Assembly: GCA_937896265.1 (NCBI GenBank)
Contig: CALBMD010000400.1
Coordinates: forward strand, 1-33,779
Reading direction: 5' to 3'
Length of the DNA: 33,779 nt
Source of the DNA: an uncultured Pseudomonadota bacterium
GTDB lineage: Bacteria > Bdellovibrionota_B > Oligoflexia > Oligoflexales > Bog-1112
The first letter of the stretch is position 1. Each line of letters begins with the position of its first letter. Both the position numbers and the translations under genes were made by a program. Below, one piece after another: positions 6,094 through 16,337 of the stretch. The notes below the pieces were generated by a model that made no database searches, was not told the origin of the DNA, and saw only the letters and a program-made list of their open reading frames with translations.

Positions 6094-8046
6094 CTATCGC
6101 GATCCCATGCAAATTAAGTTAAATGCACTATCTGCTAACACATTTGTTTGATCGGCCATTAAAATACTTACGCTTGTAGTGGTTGCAGACTGCGCAGAAC
6201 AAAATCTGTTTTGGCTAACTGTCGATGAACATGTACATGCTGGTGCTGAACTAAATGCGCTTGAAAAGTTTGCAAGATATGTACCAGCAGAGCTTCTCGT
6301 GATGCTTGTAAGCCACGAACCAGACTGACTTGCTATTGTACAAGGTGTCGATCCACACGATGAAGTAACGCTTGCTCTTTCTACTCTCTCTTGACCACTT
6401 GTATTTGAAGAAATTTGACCGACAAGGAAAGGAAGAGGAAGCCCCTGAGAGATCGGGTATACTTCCCAATGAATATCCGATTGTCCGTAAGTTGCCCCTG
6501 CGTCAGCAATAATAGAATGACCGCTAACGGTTCCAGAAACTAATTGCTCGTACATTAGTCTTAAAGTTTTTTGTCCGGCAGAAGTAAATGTGAATGTTCC
6601 ACACAACCGCTGCGGAGCGCCCCCGTATTGTGATGCTTGGTTGTTTCTATAAAACGCCCTTCCCTTTCCCTCTTGTGAAATGGTTTGAGCATTTGAAGGT
6701 GTTTCTACAATCTGAAAAGTAGCAGATATGTCACCCGCAGCACCTTGGGTTGCCAAATTACCGAAACTTGCACATGCCAAAACATCACCAGAAGTCGGGA
6801 GATTAAAGCTTACTCCAACTGATTCATTTCCGACGGAGCAAGTAGTTCCCGACGGAGCGTTAGTGCTAGAGCAAGGTATTTGAGCAGATAAAACTCCAAC
6901 TCCAGAATTGTTCGTAAGTGTTAAAGAACCATTCTCAATTCCAGTATATGAAGAGACGTTTGAAGTACCAAGAGAAGGATTAGCTCCAGAAATATTTGCG
7001 TCAACTCGCCAGTTTCGAACCTCTGCGCTATAAACAATTTCAGAACTTGATGGATACCGATATAGAGTAAATGTAATTGGTTTTAAACTTGTATCACTTG
7101 CATCAATGACTACGTTACCTGCTGTACTTGCTCCGTAAATATCAAAGCTTCTATTACCTGAAGATGTGTAAGTAAAAGCTCTGCTTAAACTATACGTTCC
7201 ACGAGTTGAATTTGCACTTCCACTAATTGCCCCGCCAGTGGTTGTTCCATCACTAATTGCGTAGGTTTGAATGTCTACGGTTCCAGACTGGTTTCCAGTA
7301 AAAGACGCAGTAGCAACATAGTTTCCTGCTGGAAGATTATTAAATGTAAATCTTGGAAGATCAGTGTCAGTGTTTTGAATTACACCAGGGCCAGGGTTTG
7401 TAATGATAGTAGGACCAGGACAATCAGCATCGGTAGAAAATGCACCTAAAGAAGTGCTTGTTCTTGTCGGAGTACACGCAGATGCAGCAATGGTGGCAGA
7501 TCCAACTAACGACGCTTGAGAAATTTGCCCCAAGTTAGTCGCTGGACCAATGTAACACTTGTCTATATTTATTGAAGGCTCATTTGCGTTTACGCTTGTA
7601 AACCTAACACCAATACTTCCGCTTGAAGGGAAAACAAAGTTGATTGTATTGGCAACGTAGTTTGTTGAAGTATTAACTAGCGTTTGGGTTTGGCTTAATG
7701 TTGATCCATCCCAAATACCCATAGTGTGAGTAGCGGTTCCTGAAGGAACTTGAATATAGCAAGTCGCTTCACCATTAGTTCCCGCAAGACCGTTTACGCT
7801 AACAATCGTCGTTGTAAGTGTTTGAGCGGCACTATTTGAATCCCATGAACCAGCAATTGATCCAGCAAATACGTTTGCAGCAGTACTTGTTGTAGAAAAA
7901 CTACCAGCCGATGCAGTCCATTTAGCTCGTCCAGATTCAAAACCGCCGTTATCTAAAATGTTTCGACCACGCTCAACAATCGCTCGATCGGGATTGCTAA
8001 TTGCTCCGAATGCTAACGTAGAAAAAAGAACTAAAAAATTAACCAT
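6094..8046 (-). CDS. Distal tail/receptor-binding-type protein: Ser/Thr-rich, 14 Cys, hydrophobic signal-like N-terminus, CBM-like N-domain
   Basis: ORF track. The N-terminus is MVNFLVLFSTLAFGA. NGGFESGRAKW resembles CBM4_9-type jelly-roll openings. The gene overlaps the upstream fibre gene by 8 nt. Confidence 0.75.
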   Translation of the reverse strand: MVNFLVLFSTLAFGAISNPDRAIVERGRNILDNGGFESGRAKWTASAGSFSTTSTAANVFAGSIAGSWDSNSAAQTLTTTIVSVNGLAGTNGEATCYIQVPSGTATHTMGIWDGSTLSQTQTLVNTSTNYVANTINFVFPSSGSIGVRFTSVNANEPSINIDKCYIGPATNLGQISQASLVGSATIAASACTPTRTSTSLGAFSTDADCPGPTIITNPGPGVIQNTDTDLPRFTFNNLPAGNYVATASFTGNQSGTVDIQTYAISDGTTTGGAISGSANSTRGTYSLSRAFTYTSSGNRSFDIYGASTAGNVVIDASDTSLKPITFTLYRYPSSSEIVYSAEVRNWRVDANISGANPSLGTSNVSSYTGIENGSLTLTNNSGVGVLSAQIPCSSTNAPSGTTCSVGNESVGVSFNLPTSGDVLACASFGNLATQGAAGDISATFQIVETPSNAQTISQEGKGRAFYRNNQASQYGGAPQRLCGTFTFTSAGQKTLRLMYEQLVSGTVSGHSIIADAGATYGQSDIHWEVYPISQGLPLPFLVGQISSNTSGQERVERASVTSSCGSTPCTIASQSGSWLTSITRSSAGTYLANFSSAFSSAPACTCSSTVSQNRFCSAQSATTTSVSILMADQTNVLADSAFNLICMGSR

Positions 8047-9262
8047 TGAATGTTACCTCCGAGCCGTAAACAGGTACATAGACCGTTTCTGTAGCTGTAT
8101 CGTTTGCATAATCACGAGTAAGGCGAACTAGAATTAAATCTCCTCCACTTACTGCGACTGCATTTATTTCCCCTGTTGATGATGTTAAATCGAAAACTAA
8201 AGATTGTGGCTCATTAACCGTACCCGCCGACATTGTTACGGCTGTATTTGTAGAAGTTCTTTGATTTGAAGTTGAAGAAATTGCATCAACACCCGTTCTT
8301 ATGAGTGTAGATAAAGTCTGCATTAAGAATGTATTTGCAGTGCCAGAGCAAAACGCAAGCATTCTTAGTTTGATCTGTTGTCCTGCTACATAACCACCAG
8401 GCACCCTAATCGCCGCATAAAGATAGCTATCGTTTGCATCTTCAAAATCGTAGCAAAGGAAATTATATTGATTTGAAAATAAAGGTGCAGACTCAGCCTC
8501 GAGCCAAAAAAGACTTCCACCACCACCAGCGGCAGGGTAATCCCATACCGCACTTGTTTTAGATGAAGCACTGTAAGTTAAAACCTTACCCGCAGCAGGA
8601 GTCGAGCTGCCCCCAATTGCCGAATAAAGCAAACCAGTATCTTCGGTATCATCTGCAACCAAAATTGCCTTATTAGCTCCAACGGCTTTTCTCACGTTAG
8701 TTGAACCGTCATGAACAGAAATATCGCCCTTTGTAGTCGTAGGAGAAGCCGAATCAAAACCTAAAGTATCAGGATCAGCCCACTCAATTCCATCAGCATC
8801 AGCGTTAATTCTAGGGATTTGATAGGCAGTGGGAGCGCCAGAAATATCCGTATCAAGAGTACCAACAAAACCATCAGGTATTGAAATTGATCGGTCGATT
8901 CTCTCGCTCAACCGTTGTGTAATAATTGTAAGTTTATCCCACGCTTTTTCGGCAACCTTAGCGGGGAATTTTGAGTTATCTTCAAACTCTGACTCTTGAA
9001 GAAGATCAGGGTTATTAATAATCGTTACCGTTTTACCAGTAGCGGGAGCCATCGCAAAAGTGATTGAACCACCACCTGCAACACCTGCGCCAGTAATGGT
9101 ATAATCAGTGTTTAAAATTTGAGTCGTTACTACATCTGTAGCCGTATCGGTAAGCAAAACTTTTAGGTCATTAGCTTCTAAAAAATAATGGGGGAAATTG
9201 AATATGAGCGTTACGCCATTCCCATTTGCTTGAACTTCGTTAATGTCGCTTGATACACTCAT
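8039..9262 (-). CDS. Tail fibre protein
   Basis: The N-terminal ~90 aa (GNGVTLIFNFPHYFLEANDLKVLLTD...TDYTITG) fit the pattern of podoviral fibre N-terminal anchoring domains. It occupies the T7 gp17 position after the internal virion proteins. GGAAGGAAAA SD. Confidence 0.7.
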   Translation of the reverse strand: MSVSSDINEVQANGNGVTLIFNFPHYFLEANDLKVLLTDTATDVVTTQILNTDYTITGAGVAGGGSITFAMAPATGKTVTIINNPDLLQESEFEDNSKFPAKVAEKAWDKLTIITQRLSERIDRSISIPDGFVGTLDTDISGAPTAYQIPRINADADGIEWADPDTLGFDSASPTTTKGDISVHDGSTNVRKAVGANKAILVADDTEDTGLLYSAIGGSSTPAAGKVLTYSASSKTSAVWDYPAAGGGGSLFWLEAESAPLFSNQYNFLCYDFEDANDSYLYAAIRVPGGYVAGQQIKLRMLAFCSGTANTFLMQTLSTLIRTGVDAISSTSNQRTSTNTAVTMSAGTVNEPQSLVFDLTSSTGEINAVAVSGGDLILVRLTRDYANDTATETVYVPVYGSEVTFNG

Positions 9263-9310
9263 AGTTTTCCTTCCACTTTAGTTTATAAACATTTTAAATT
9301 TTCACAACCT

Positions 9311-12013
9311 TTAACGCAAACCACCCGCAGGAATGTTTTTAGCTGGACTAAGTGCGTCGAAATACTCTTTTTCAGCATTCTTTTTTAAATTTGCTTCGTA
9401 CTTTCTCAAGTAGCCTGGATTTGCAGTTTCCATTAAATAATGGAAAAAGAACCTGTTAGATAAGTAGCTAGTTAAAACGTGGTTATTTAATGTACTGATC
9501 CCAGGTGTGTAGCTTTTTGCAAACTTGATCATTTGCGCCGAAGACATAGTATTTTCACCCGTAGCAGCCGATTCTTTGATTGATCCGGCAATCTTCATTG
9601 CCTCGCTCACCATAGAGGCTGTAGGGCCAGCAAAGGCCGTTAGAGGGTCGGAGCCATGTCTGTTTTGTAGAACGTCACCAAAAACGAAATCGCCGTAAAT
9701 ACCCATGCCACCGCTTCTAGCAACCCCTGCGGTTAATACCTTTGCAAATTGTTTAGGATCTTCAGGAATTGTAGGCTTCAACCCTTTTGACAAATCCTTC
9801 ATGTAGTTTGCGGCTATACCCATAACGGCACCAGCAGCCAGCATCGAAGCGACACCGCCCCTTTTGCCACTTCCATCATCATAGAAAAGTTCAGCCATTT
9901 CTTGACCGAAAGTTTTCTTAAAATCACGCGAGTAGCCATAACGCTCTCTGTTTAAGTTTTTAGCCATTGTGGAAACCGTGAAGCTTTTAAACTGCCAAAA
10001 TGATCGGACTACCTCTCCTAAAATCGTACCCCTTTGAGTACCTTGGAACATGAAAGCACGTTCTGCGGCACCTGGCTCACTTGCGGCAATAGCGGCGACC
10101 TCATTCATCATGTTTCTGTAGCTATTCTCAACTTTTGATACGACTTGTTTTTTTGCCAGCTCAATTTGTTTAGATTTTGTTGATTCAGATACGCCTTCGG
10201 TGGCATTAATCGCATCAATCTTTTCTTTGTACATCGGATGATTTTCAATTTTGGCAGGATCAATATTTTGAAACTCGGTAACGTCTACAAACGATCGGCC
10301 TTGTTCGTCAGTAAATAACTTTGATGATCTGATTAAATCCCAATCTTGAGCATCGATTCCGAACTGCCTCATAGCAGCCTGTGAACCCTTATGAAGCTGA
10401 TCGAAAGACTTTCCAAACTCTTCAGCATGGGCGTTATTAACTAAACTTGCAGCAGCTAACTTTGTTTTTTCAGTCCATCTAGTTTGACCGTTAAGCTTAA
10501 AATACCAATGAGCGGCAAGAGCTAACTTATCCCCGCCTTCGCCAATTTCTTTTTGAAAGTTTGGGATAATGTGATCGTGAATAATCCCTAGTTTAGTAGC
10601 AAGTTTTCTTGACTCATCTTCATTCAGCTTCCCAAATACAAGCTTAAAAGATTCACTAAATCCATTTGCAAACGCTTTCGTATCTCTTGTGGTGAAATAT
10701 CTTACGGTTGATCCAACCATAGAGGCATCTGGTAATGATCCAAGTGCAGAGCCGCCGAGCATAGAAAAAGAAAATGTAGCCCTTAAACCAGCAAAGAAAT
10801 TTGCAAGCTTCGAGTTTTGGGCAAGGCCATTTCTACCAGAAATTTCAGGCCAGTAAACTTTTTTAATATCTTCGCCAGCTTTAAGAATTTCAGCGGCTTT
10901 AGCTCCGTCAATATCGTTGTATTCTGCGGCAAGTTCTTTAACCACTTTATCTACATTCATGATCCCAGAAGGGCCGAAGCGATCCATAATTGCCGCATCT
11001 CTTGCAAGACTGTTAATTGTTGAGGATATATTGTTTAATAGGCCAGTAGTTGTCCCGTATTTTTGATTATATTTTGTAGCCCCTTCAGCATCCGAAAAGT
11101 GCAATACCCTTGCCTTTGAAACCTTCTTTGCTGCATCAGAAAGCCCATCAGAATAGGTAGCGAACTCGGCATCATCTCCAAAAACTAAATGATAACCATT
11201 TGAAAATTGATTGTATAAACTATTAAGTGTCTTATCGACTTCTTCGGCGGTTAAGTCTGCAAAGCTTCTTTTAAAATCTAGTCCAAAATCAGTTAAGTCT
11301 TTAATCCAAGCTTCTTTATTTTTTGGATCACCGAACGGAGCGCCCCCAGCTTTTCCAATTTTATGCTGATCGTGGGTTTGTTTACCAAAATATCCAAGCT
11401 CTTTCCCAAGATCCCCACCAAGTTCGTTTATTTCTGACCTTAAAATGCCAAGGTGTTTATTTATTATCTCGGCAGAAGTGATTGCCTCTTTTGGAAGCTT
11501 AGATAAAATTAATTGATCAGGATTATCTTTGTTTAGTTCAAATATGGCTTTATTTACGTCTAAATCCATTTTTTCTTTACTTAAAATGTCATATACTCCA
11601 GCAGCATGAACTTCTGAAATGAACGCTTGACCATGATTTGCTCTTTTAGCTTCAATTGCACCGATAACAGAACCTTTAGAGCCAAATCGATCAACCGATG
11701 AGTTTTTAATTTGTACCATGATCCCCTGAGCTGGAGCATCGCCATACTCAGATTTAATTCTGTTTAACATATCTATCTTTTTTGAGGCATTGATAAGATC
11801 GTTGTACTTTTTACGTTCAGCATTTTTTAATTCAACATCGCTAATGTCTTGCAGTACCGCAGCCATCAACGAGGCAGAAGACCGTGAAGAGTCTTTACCC
11901 GCAAACTTCTTAATCGATCTATCGATTTTATCAACAATCTGCTTTTTCTCTTTGCTTGTCAGTGATCGACCAAGGGCTTCTTCGGCTCCAATAAGGCAAT
12001 TATCTAATTTCAT
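9311..12013 (-). CDS. Internal virion / DNA-ejection protein (gp16-like position)
   Basis: 900 aa, ATGA-coupled to the upstream gene. It has C-terminal Gly/Ala-rich hydrophobic stretches (GGVASMLAAGAVMGIAANY; GVARSGGMGIYGDFVFG). The call rests on synteny. Confidence 0.6.
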   Translation of the reverse strand: MKLDNCLIGAEEALGRSLTSKEKKQIVDKIDRSIKKFAGKDSSRSSASLMAAVLQDISDVELKNAERKKYNDLINASKKIDMLNRIKSEYGDAPAQGIMVQIKNSSVDRFGSKGSVIGAIEAKRANHGQAFISEVHAAGVYDILSKEKMDLDVNKAIFELNKDNPDQLILSKLPKEAITSAEIINKHLGILRSEINELGGDLGKELGYFGKQTHDQHKIGKAGGAPFGDPKNKEAWIKDLTDFGLDFKRSFADLTAEEVDKTLNSLYNQFSNGYHLVFGDDAEFATYSDGLSDAAKKVSKARVLHFSDAEGATKYNQKYGTTTGLLNNISSTINSLARDAAIMDRFGPSGIMNVDKVVKELAAEYNDIDGAKAAEILKAGEDIKKVYWPEISGRNGLAQNSKLANFFAGLRATFSFSMLGGSALGSLPDASMVGSTVRYFTTRDTKAFANGFSESFKLVFGKLNEDESRKLATKLGIIHDHIIPNFQKEIGEGGDKLALAAHWYFKLNGQTRWTEKTKLAAASLVNNAHAEEFGKSFDQLHKGSQAAMRQFGIDAQDWDLIRSSKLFTDEQGRSFVDVTEFQNIDPAKIENHPMYKEKIDAINATEGVSESTKSKQIELAKKQVVSKVENSYRNMMNEVAAIAASEPGAAERAFMFQGTQRGTILGEVVRSFWQFKSFTVSTMAKNLNRERYGYSRDFKKTFGQEMAELFYDDGSGKRGGVASMLAAGAVMGIAANYMKDLSKGLKPTIPEDPKQFAKVLTAGVARSGGMGIYGDFVFGDVLQNRHGSDPLTAFAGPTASMVSEAMKIAGSIKESAATGENTMSSAQMIKFAKSYTPGISTLNNHVLTSYLSNRFFFHYLMETANPGYLRKYEANLKKNAEKEYFDALSPAKNIPAGGLR

Positions 12014-13662
12014 TTAACCCCCAGGACGCAAGGAATAAGGTTTTCAGCTACCTTAATATTCGTTCTTGCTAGTTCAATCTCTTTATTAAAATCTTCCATG
12101 AAAGTGTCGTAATCAATATTCATTGCTTTAAGTTTTTGCTTTAATTCAGAAGATACCAGATTGATCTTTTCTGCATCTGTTACTTTTTCGTTTTCTTTTA
12201 AAACCTTCTCTTTTTCATTAATTAGATCAACAGAATCTTTGTCATAGTTTTCAGAGTTTTTAATGTCTGAAAATGATTCATTGTGAAGTTTTGATTCATT
12301 TGCAACGTCAATATCTTTGAAGGCTGATTTTGATCGCTCTACTGTAGGTAGATCACCACGACCATTAGCATAGTCATGAATTTCACCATCAACGTCATAG
12401 TGCTTTACTACGCCACTGGCAGGATTATTTTTAACGTCATTTTTTGCAGCATCTAAAGCGGTAGAAATTCTATCCCTTAATTCGTTATCTTTTAGAATCA
12501 ATTCACGCTCTTTTGATAGTGCCTCGATTTCAGCATTTCTTTTAATTGATTGATCGTCTTGTTTTATGATGACTGATTCATATTGTGTAGATTTTAAGCT
12601 ATCTAGCTCTTTAGCAATAGCAGCAACATCAACACCAGTAGCAGGAGCAATCTCTTGATTGGATAAAATTGTTTCAAGCTCGGTTATTCTTTCCTGTGCG
12701 CTAGTTTGAATACCTTGTGGAGCCTCGGCCTTTAAAGACTCTACTCTTGAATCAATCTCTGAAACTCTAGCTCTTGCCTCATCTAACGCCCTAAACGCTA
12801 CTGGATCAATCTGCATAGCTCGATCAACTTCAATAGATTTTGTGGCTTTCTGAATGTTTAAAATTGGTTCAGCGTTAATCTTGCTATCATTCAAAACTTG
12901 ACTTGTAGATGCAGTGAAAACCTCATCTCGCTCAAGTGTAGATAGTTTTTCAACATCAGTTTTTAAATTAGGTGCATCTAGCTTATTCGCTTTAAAGTGT
13001 TCATGAATATCTGATCGAAGGTTTAATCCTGTGTGGATGACCCCACCAAATAAACCACCAATTGCCAGGTTCATTGCAGAATCGGCAAGAGTATAATTCT
13101 CTCCAACATCGGAAGCAGTACCCGCTAAGATTGGCTCAAGAACAGCAGCCCCAGCAATACCTTCAGCAGCACCAATTGCAGCCCTTGCCCCGATACGGGC
13201 AGCCATCGAACCACCAGTTTTAGCTAAAATTGAAGCAGTTCTAGCAGCAGGAATAAATGGGATAAAGTTTGCAGCCATACCAATGGGATCAAGAAAAGAT
13301 GCGGCAATATTTCCTGTGAGTGAAGCGCCAAGTCCAGCAATTCCAGAAGGCCCATTCTCTAGGTATTCAGCCCTTTTATTTGATTGATACTTTCGTTCAA
13401 TCATCATTTTAGCGGCTTCTCTACCTATGTAAGTACCATCTTTAATATCTAAAGTAACATTTTTATCGGATGCTAATTCATCAGCTTCTTTTTTAGAGAT
13501 TTGATCATTGCTTACAGCGTTTTTGGTCATGTAATCGCTAAGAAGATTAGTTGGGTTTAAGGCCATTCCTTCTTCAAAAGAAAGTTCAACTGAGCGACCA
13601 AACCCAGTCTTTAGCTCAGACAAAGATGAAGCCCCAGTGTATATTTCTTTAGAATAAATCAC
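12010..13662 (-). CDS. Internal virion / ejection protein with Gly/Ala-rich membrane-like N-half and coiled-coil C-half
   Basis: The GTG start at 13662 forms a GTGA overlap. GGAGAA SD. Contains GLGASLTGNIAASFLDPIGMAANFIPFIPAA...AAIGAAEGIAGAAVLEPILAG. Confidence 0.6.
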   Translation of the reverse strand: MIYSKEIYTGASSLSELKTGFGRSVELSFEEGMALNPTNLLSDYMTKNAVSNDQISKKEADELASDKNVTLDIKDGTYIGREAAKMMIERKYQSNKRAEYLENGPSGIAGLGASLTGNIAASFLDPIGMAANFIPFIPAARTASILAKTGGSMAARIGARAAIGAAEGIAGAAVLEPILAGTASDVGENYTLADSAMNLAIGGLFGGVIHTGLNLRSDIHEHFKANKLDAPNLKTDVEKLSTLERDEVFTASTSQVLNDSKINAEPILNIQKATKSIEVDRAMQIDPVAFRALDEARARVSEIDSRVESLKAEAPQGIQTSAQERITELETILSNQEIAPATGVDVAAIAKELDSLKSTQYESVIIKQDDQSIKRNAEIEALSKERELILKDNELRDRISTALDAAKNDVKNNPASGVVKHYDVDGEIHDYANGRGDLPTVERSKSAFKDIDVANESKLHNESFSDIKNSENYDKDSVDLINEKEKVLKENEKVTDAEKINLVSSELKQKLKAMNIDYDTFMEDFNKEIELARTNIKVAENLIPCVLGVK

Positions 13663-15878
13663 TTAGAGTTTCTCCAGTCGTTTTGTTTTTTCAAATTATC
13701 AAAACTGTCTGGTTTAGATTCTTCGCCGCCCCAAATATTAATTAGGCTTGAAGATTTTTTGCCATCAGGCTTAGGGAGGTTTTTTGCTTTATTAATTGCA
13801 TCTAATTCAACAAAATCAAAAGCGAGAGGTTTAAACTTATCTTCGCCGACCTTAATTAAAATTTGTGATCCATAACTATCTGGATTTTGAACTTCTGTTA
13901 AAATTCTAATACCGCTATCAGAGTTATTTTGAATGATCCCGTAATCTAAAATAGATTGGATAATCTGGTCTTTTGCGTCTTTGTAATTTGTATTTGTTGC
14001 AGGAACAACATAATCAAACTTCTCCAAAAACTCCCTAGTCATTACTTGTTTGATTCCTTTTTTTGCCGAATCAGTATCGAATTTTTGACCGCTGATTTTT
14101 GTTGGTATTCGATAAGTACCCTCAAAAACATAGTTATCATTTAGTCCTCGGTCAATAAGAGCTGAAGCCTCGCTCTCTGTAATTTCACCACCGCGCTTCG
14201 ATGCTTTAAGCTTCGCTAACTTTTCAAAAGCTTCAGCATTTTCAGATACAATCTTAGAACCGTCAGAGGTATTTGATAGCGTTTGAGAAAACTTGATCAA
14301 AGAATTGTTAATCGCATTTTTTATGTTTTTCTTTGAGTCATCACTAACTAAAAGCTCTTTTTCACTTGCGCTTCCAGCTTGAATTAGCTCTTGAGCGAGA
14401 TACTTATTTCCAGTGGTAGCAAGAACATTTGCGGCGACGATATGAGATGAGTTAATTTTTTTACTCTTTTTTAAATCCTCAATAACGTATGGAGCATATT
14501 CTGGGCCATACATTTCAATTTCATTCGCCATTAAAGCAGCAACTTTTTCATAGCCGTTTATAGAGTCTGCGGCTCTTTCAATTTCTTCACCAATAGCGTC
14601 CACGCGATCTTTAGGTAAAACAGAAGGCATGATTCTAGGGTTAAGTCTTCTTTGCTCGGATACCGAAGCTGACGCGTAATCCATAGCAGTTTCTTTACTT
14701 GGACGCTCAAGAACGGCTTTGTATCGTTCGCCTACTGCCACATTGTTTTTATTTACAAACCCAGCTCCATCTTCTTTTAGCTCTTTATTTCTAGCCTCTA
14801 AACCTTCTCTAAGAGCTTTATCTGCAAAACTTAATTCGTTATACATTGAAGAATTAGCCTGATCCTTCATTTTAGTTTTATTTTCATAAAGCATTTGAAT
14901 AATCTCGTCTTGAGATTTCCCCTTAACTGCGTTTTGCGCAACCGAGGCCATCTCTTGAGACTTCATAATCTCAATCATGGATCTTGCTTTTTCTGGTGAA
15001 ACCCTAGCTCGAATATTTGCTTCAGTATAAAGCTTGTTTTCTAAACCCTGTTCTCCGACTTGCTTCATGTACTCAGGGAATCCAGAAATATAGTCTTGCT
15101 CGTATTTTGCCTTGATTGTTTCTCTAGCCTGACCAAGCTGAAATACAGCCTTTTCAAATTGAGGGTTAGTGGTGTTTGTAGCCCAAATAGAGTCCTTATT
15201 TTTTATCTCTTTTTCAAAAGCATTAATCTCGGCAATAGATACATTCTTTTTAGAAGTAAGCATTTTTACATTGGTTTGAAGTGCCTGATCGTATGCTTTA
15301 AATCTAAACTCTTTTTTGATCTCTGGTTTAATTGCGGCAGACATTCCTACGTTTGGAGCGGCATCTACAATACTGTCATAATCTTGAATTTCAAAATCAA
15401 TATTTTTAGGATTAATCGTAATGTTATTTAAACTTTTATTTTGAATATCAATCAAGTCAGACTTTGTTTTAAGAGCCACCTGTTGAGATTCGTAGTTGAT
15501 CGAATCACGCAAAAACTGACCCTTGATTTCCATGATCCCAGATTCAAGCGTTTTTCTGCCTGTTTCTGTTTCTGGTTCAATCTTATTTGAGGCGATATAA
15601 GTATCAAAATCTTCTTCAAAATCTTTTGAGAATCCAGTCGGATCAGTAATCGTATTTTTACGATCTTCTTGTCTTTTTAAATAATCATTTCTGATTTTAT
15701 TTAAATTAACTTTTTGATTAAAAGTGTCTTTTTCTTCAGAGTATCTTCGCAATCCTTCACCAAGATTTTGAACCCCCTGACCGAAAGACTGAATACCACC
15801 GCCCTCAAAGTCCGTTGGAGCGTTTGGACCAGATACAGCCTGTTTTGTAGTCTGTTGATTATAGTTTTTAATTTGCAT
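13659..15878 (-). CDS. Internal virion protein (gp15-like size and position)
   Basis: 739 aa, helical and charged. It follows the small gp14-position protein. Confidence 0.6.
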   Translation of the reverse strand: MQIKNYNQQTTKQAVSGPNAPTDFEGGGIQSFGQGVQNLGEGLRRYSEEKDTFNQKVNLNKIRNDYLKRQEDRKNTITDPTGFSKDFEEDFDTYIASNKIEPETETGRKTLESGIMEIKGQFLRDSINYESQQVALKTKSDLIDIQNKSLNNITINPKNIDFEIQDYDSIVDAAPNVGMSAAIKPEIKKEFRFKAYDQALQTNVKMLTSKKNVSIAEINAFEKEIKNKDSIWATNTTNPQFEKAVFQLGQARETIKAKYEQDYISGFPEYMKQVGEQGLENKLYTEANIRARVSPEKARSMIEIMKSQEMASVAQNAVKGKSQDEIIQMLYENKTKMKDQANSSMYNELSFADKALREGLEARNKELKEDGAGFVNKNNVAVGERYKAVLERPSKETAMDYASASVSEQRRLNPRIMPSVLPKDRVDAIGEEIERAADSINGYEKVAALMANEIEMYGPEYAPYVIEDLKKSKKINSSHIVAANVLATTGNKYLAQELIQAGSASEKELLVSDDSKKNIKNAINNSLIKFSQTLSNTSDGSKIVSENAEAFEKLAKLKASKRGGEITESEASALIDRGLNDNYVFEGTYRIPTKISGQKFDTDSAKKGIKQVMTREFLEKFDYVVPATNTNYKDAKDQIIQSILDYGIIQNNSDSGIRILTEVQNPDSYGSQILIKVGEDKFKPLAFDFVELDAINKAKNLPKPDGKKSSSLINIWGGEESKPDSFDNLKKQNDWRNSK

Positions 15879-15881
15879 AAA

Positions 15882-16337
15882 TTAGCCGCTCTTTCCAGCA
15901 ACGCTTCCAGCCGCACTAACACCCGTTCCAATGGCTTGCCAAGTGTATGCTTTTTTCTTTGATTGCCCTTCTTCAAAGGCGTACTGACCACCCATTCTCA
16001 TGGATTGAGCGCGATCTTGGGCGGTGTATCGAATATTTAGCGCATCTCGTTCCGCAGCCATCGCACTATCAACCATCCAATCGAGAGGAGAGCCTTCTAG
16101 TGTTACACCAGAGGCACCGTAATCGGCCCTCATTTCTCCAATTTGTCTGCGCGAGTTTTTCCTTAAAAGTTTTTCCTCTTCTTTTCCTTGATTCTCAATT
16201 TGAATTGCGTTTCGTTCGTTAATATTTCTTTGTGCGCGACCAGCTTCTTCAGCGGCCTTGCCCTGTTGAACGCTTCCGTACATTGAAATACCCGCTCCGA
16301 CCACAGCAGCAGCGGCAGCAATAATAGGTAGTGCCAT
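15882..16337 (-). CDS. Small internal virion protein (gp14 position) with hydrophobic N-terminus
   Basis: MALPIIAAAAAVVGAGISMYG is followed by a charged region. TAATG junction with the upstream gene. Confidence 0.6.
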   Translation of the reverse strand: MALPIIAAAAAVVGAGISMYGSVQQGKAAEEAGRAQRNINERNAIQIENQGKEEEKLLRKNSRRQIGEMRADYGASGVTLEGSPLDWMVDSAMAAERDALNIRYTAQDRAQSMRMGGQYAFEEGQSKKKAYTWQAIGTGVSAAGSVAGKSG

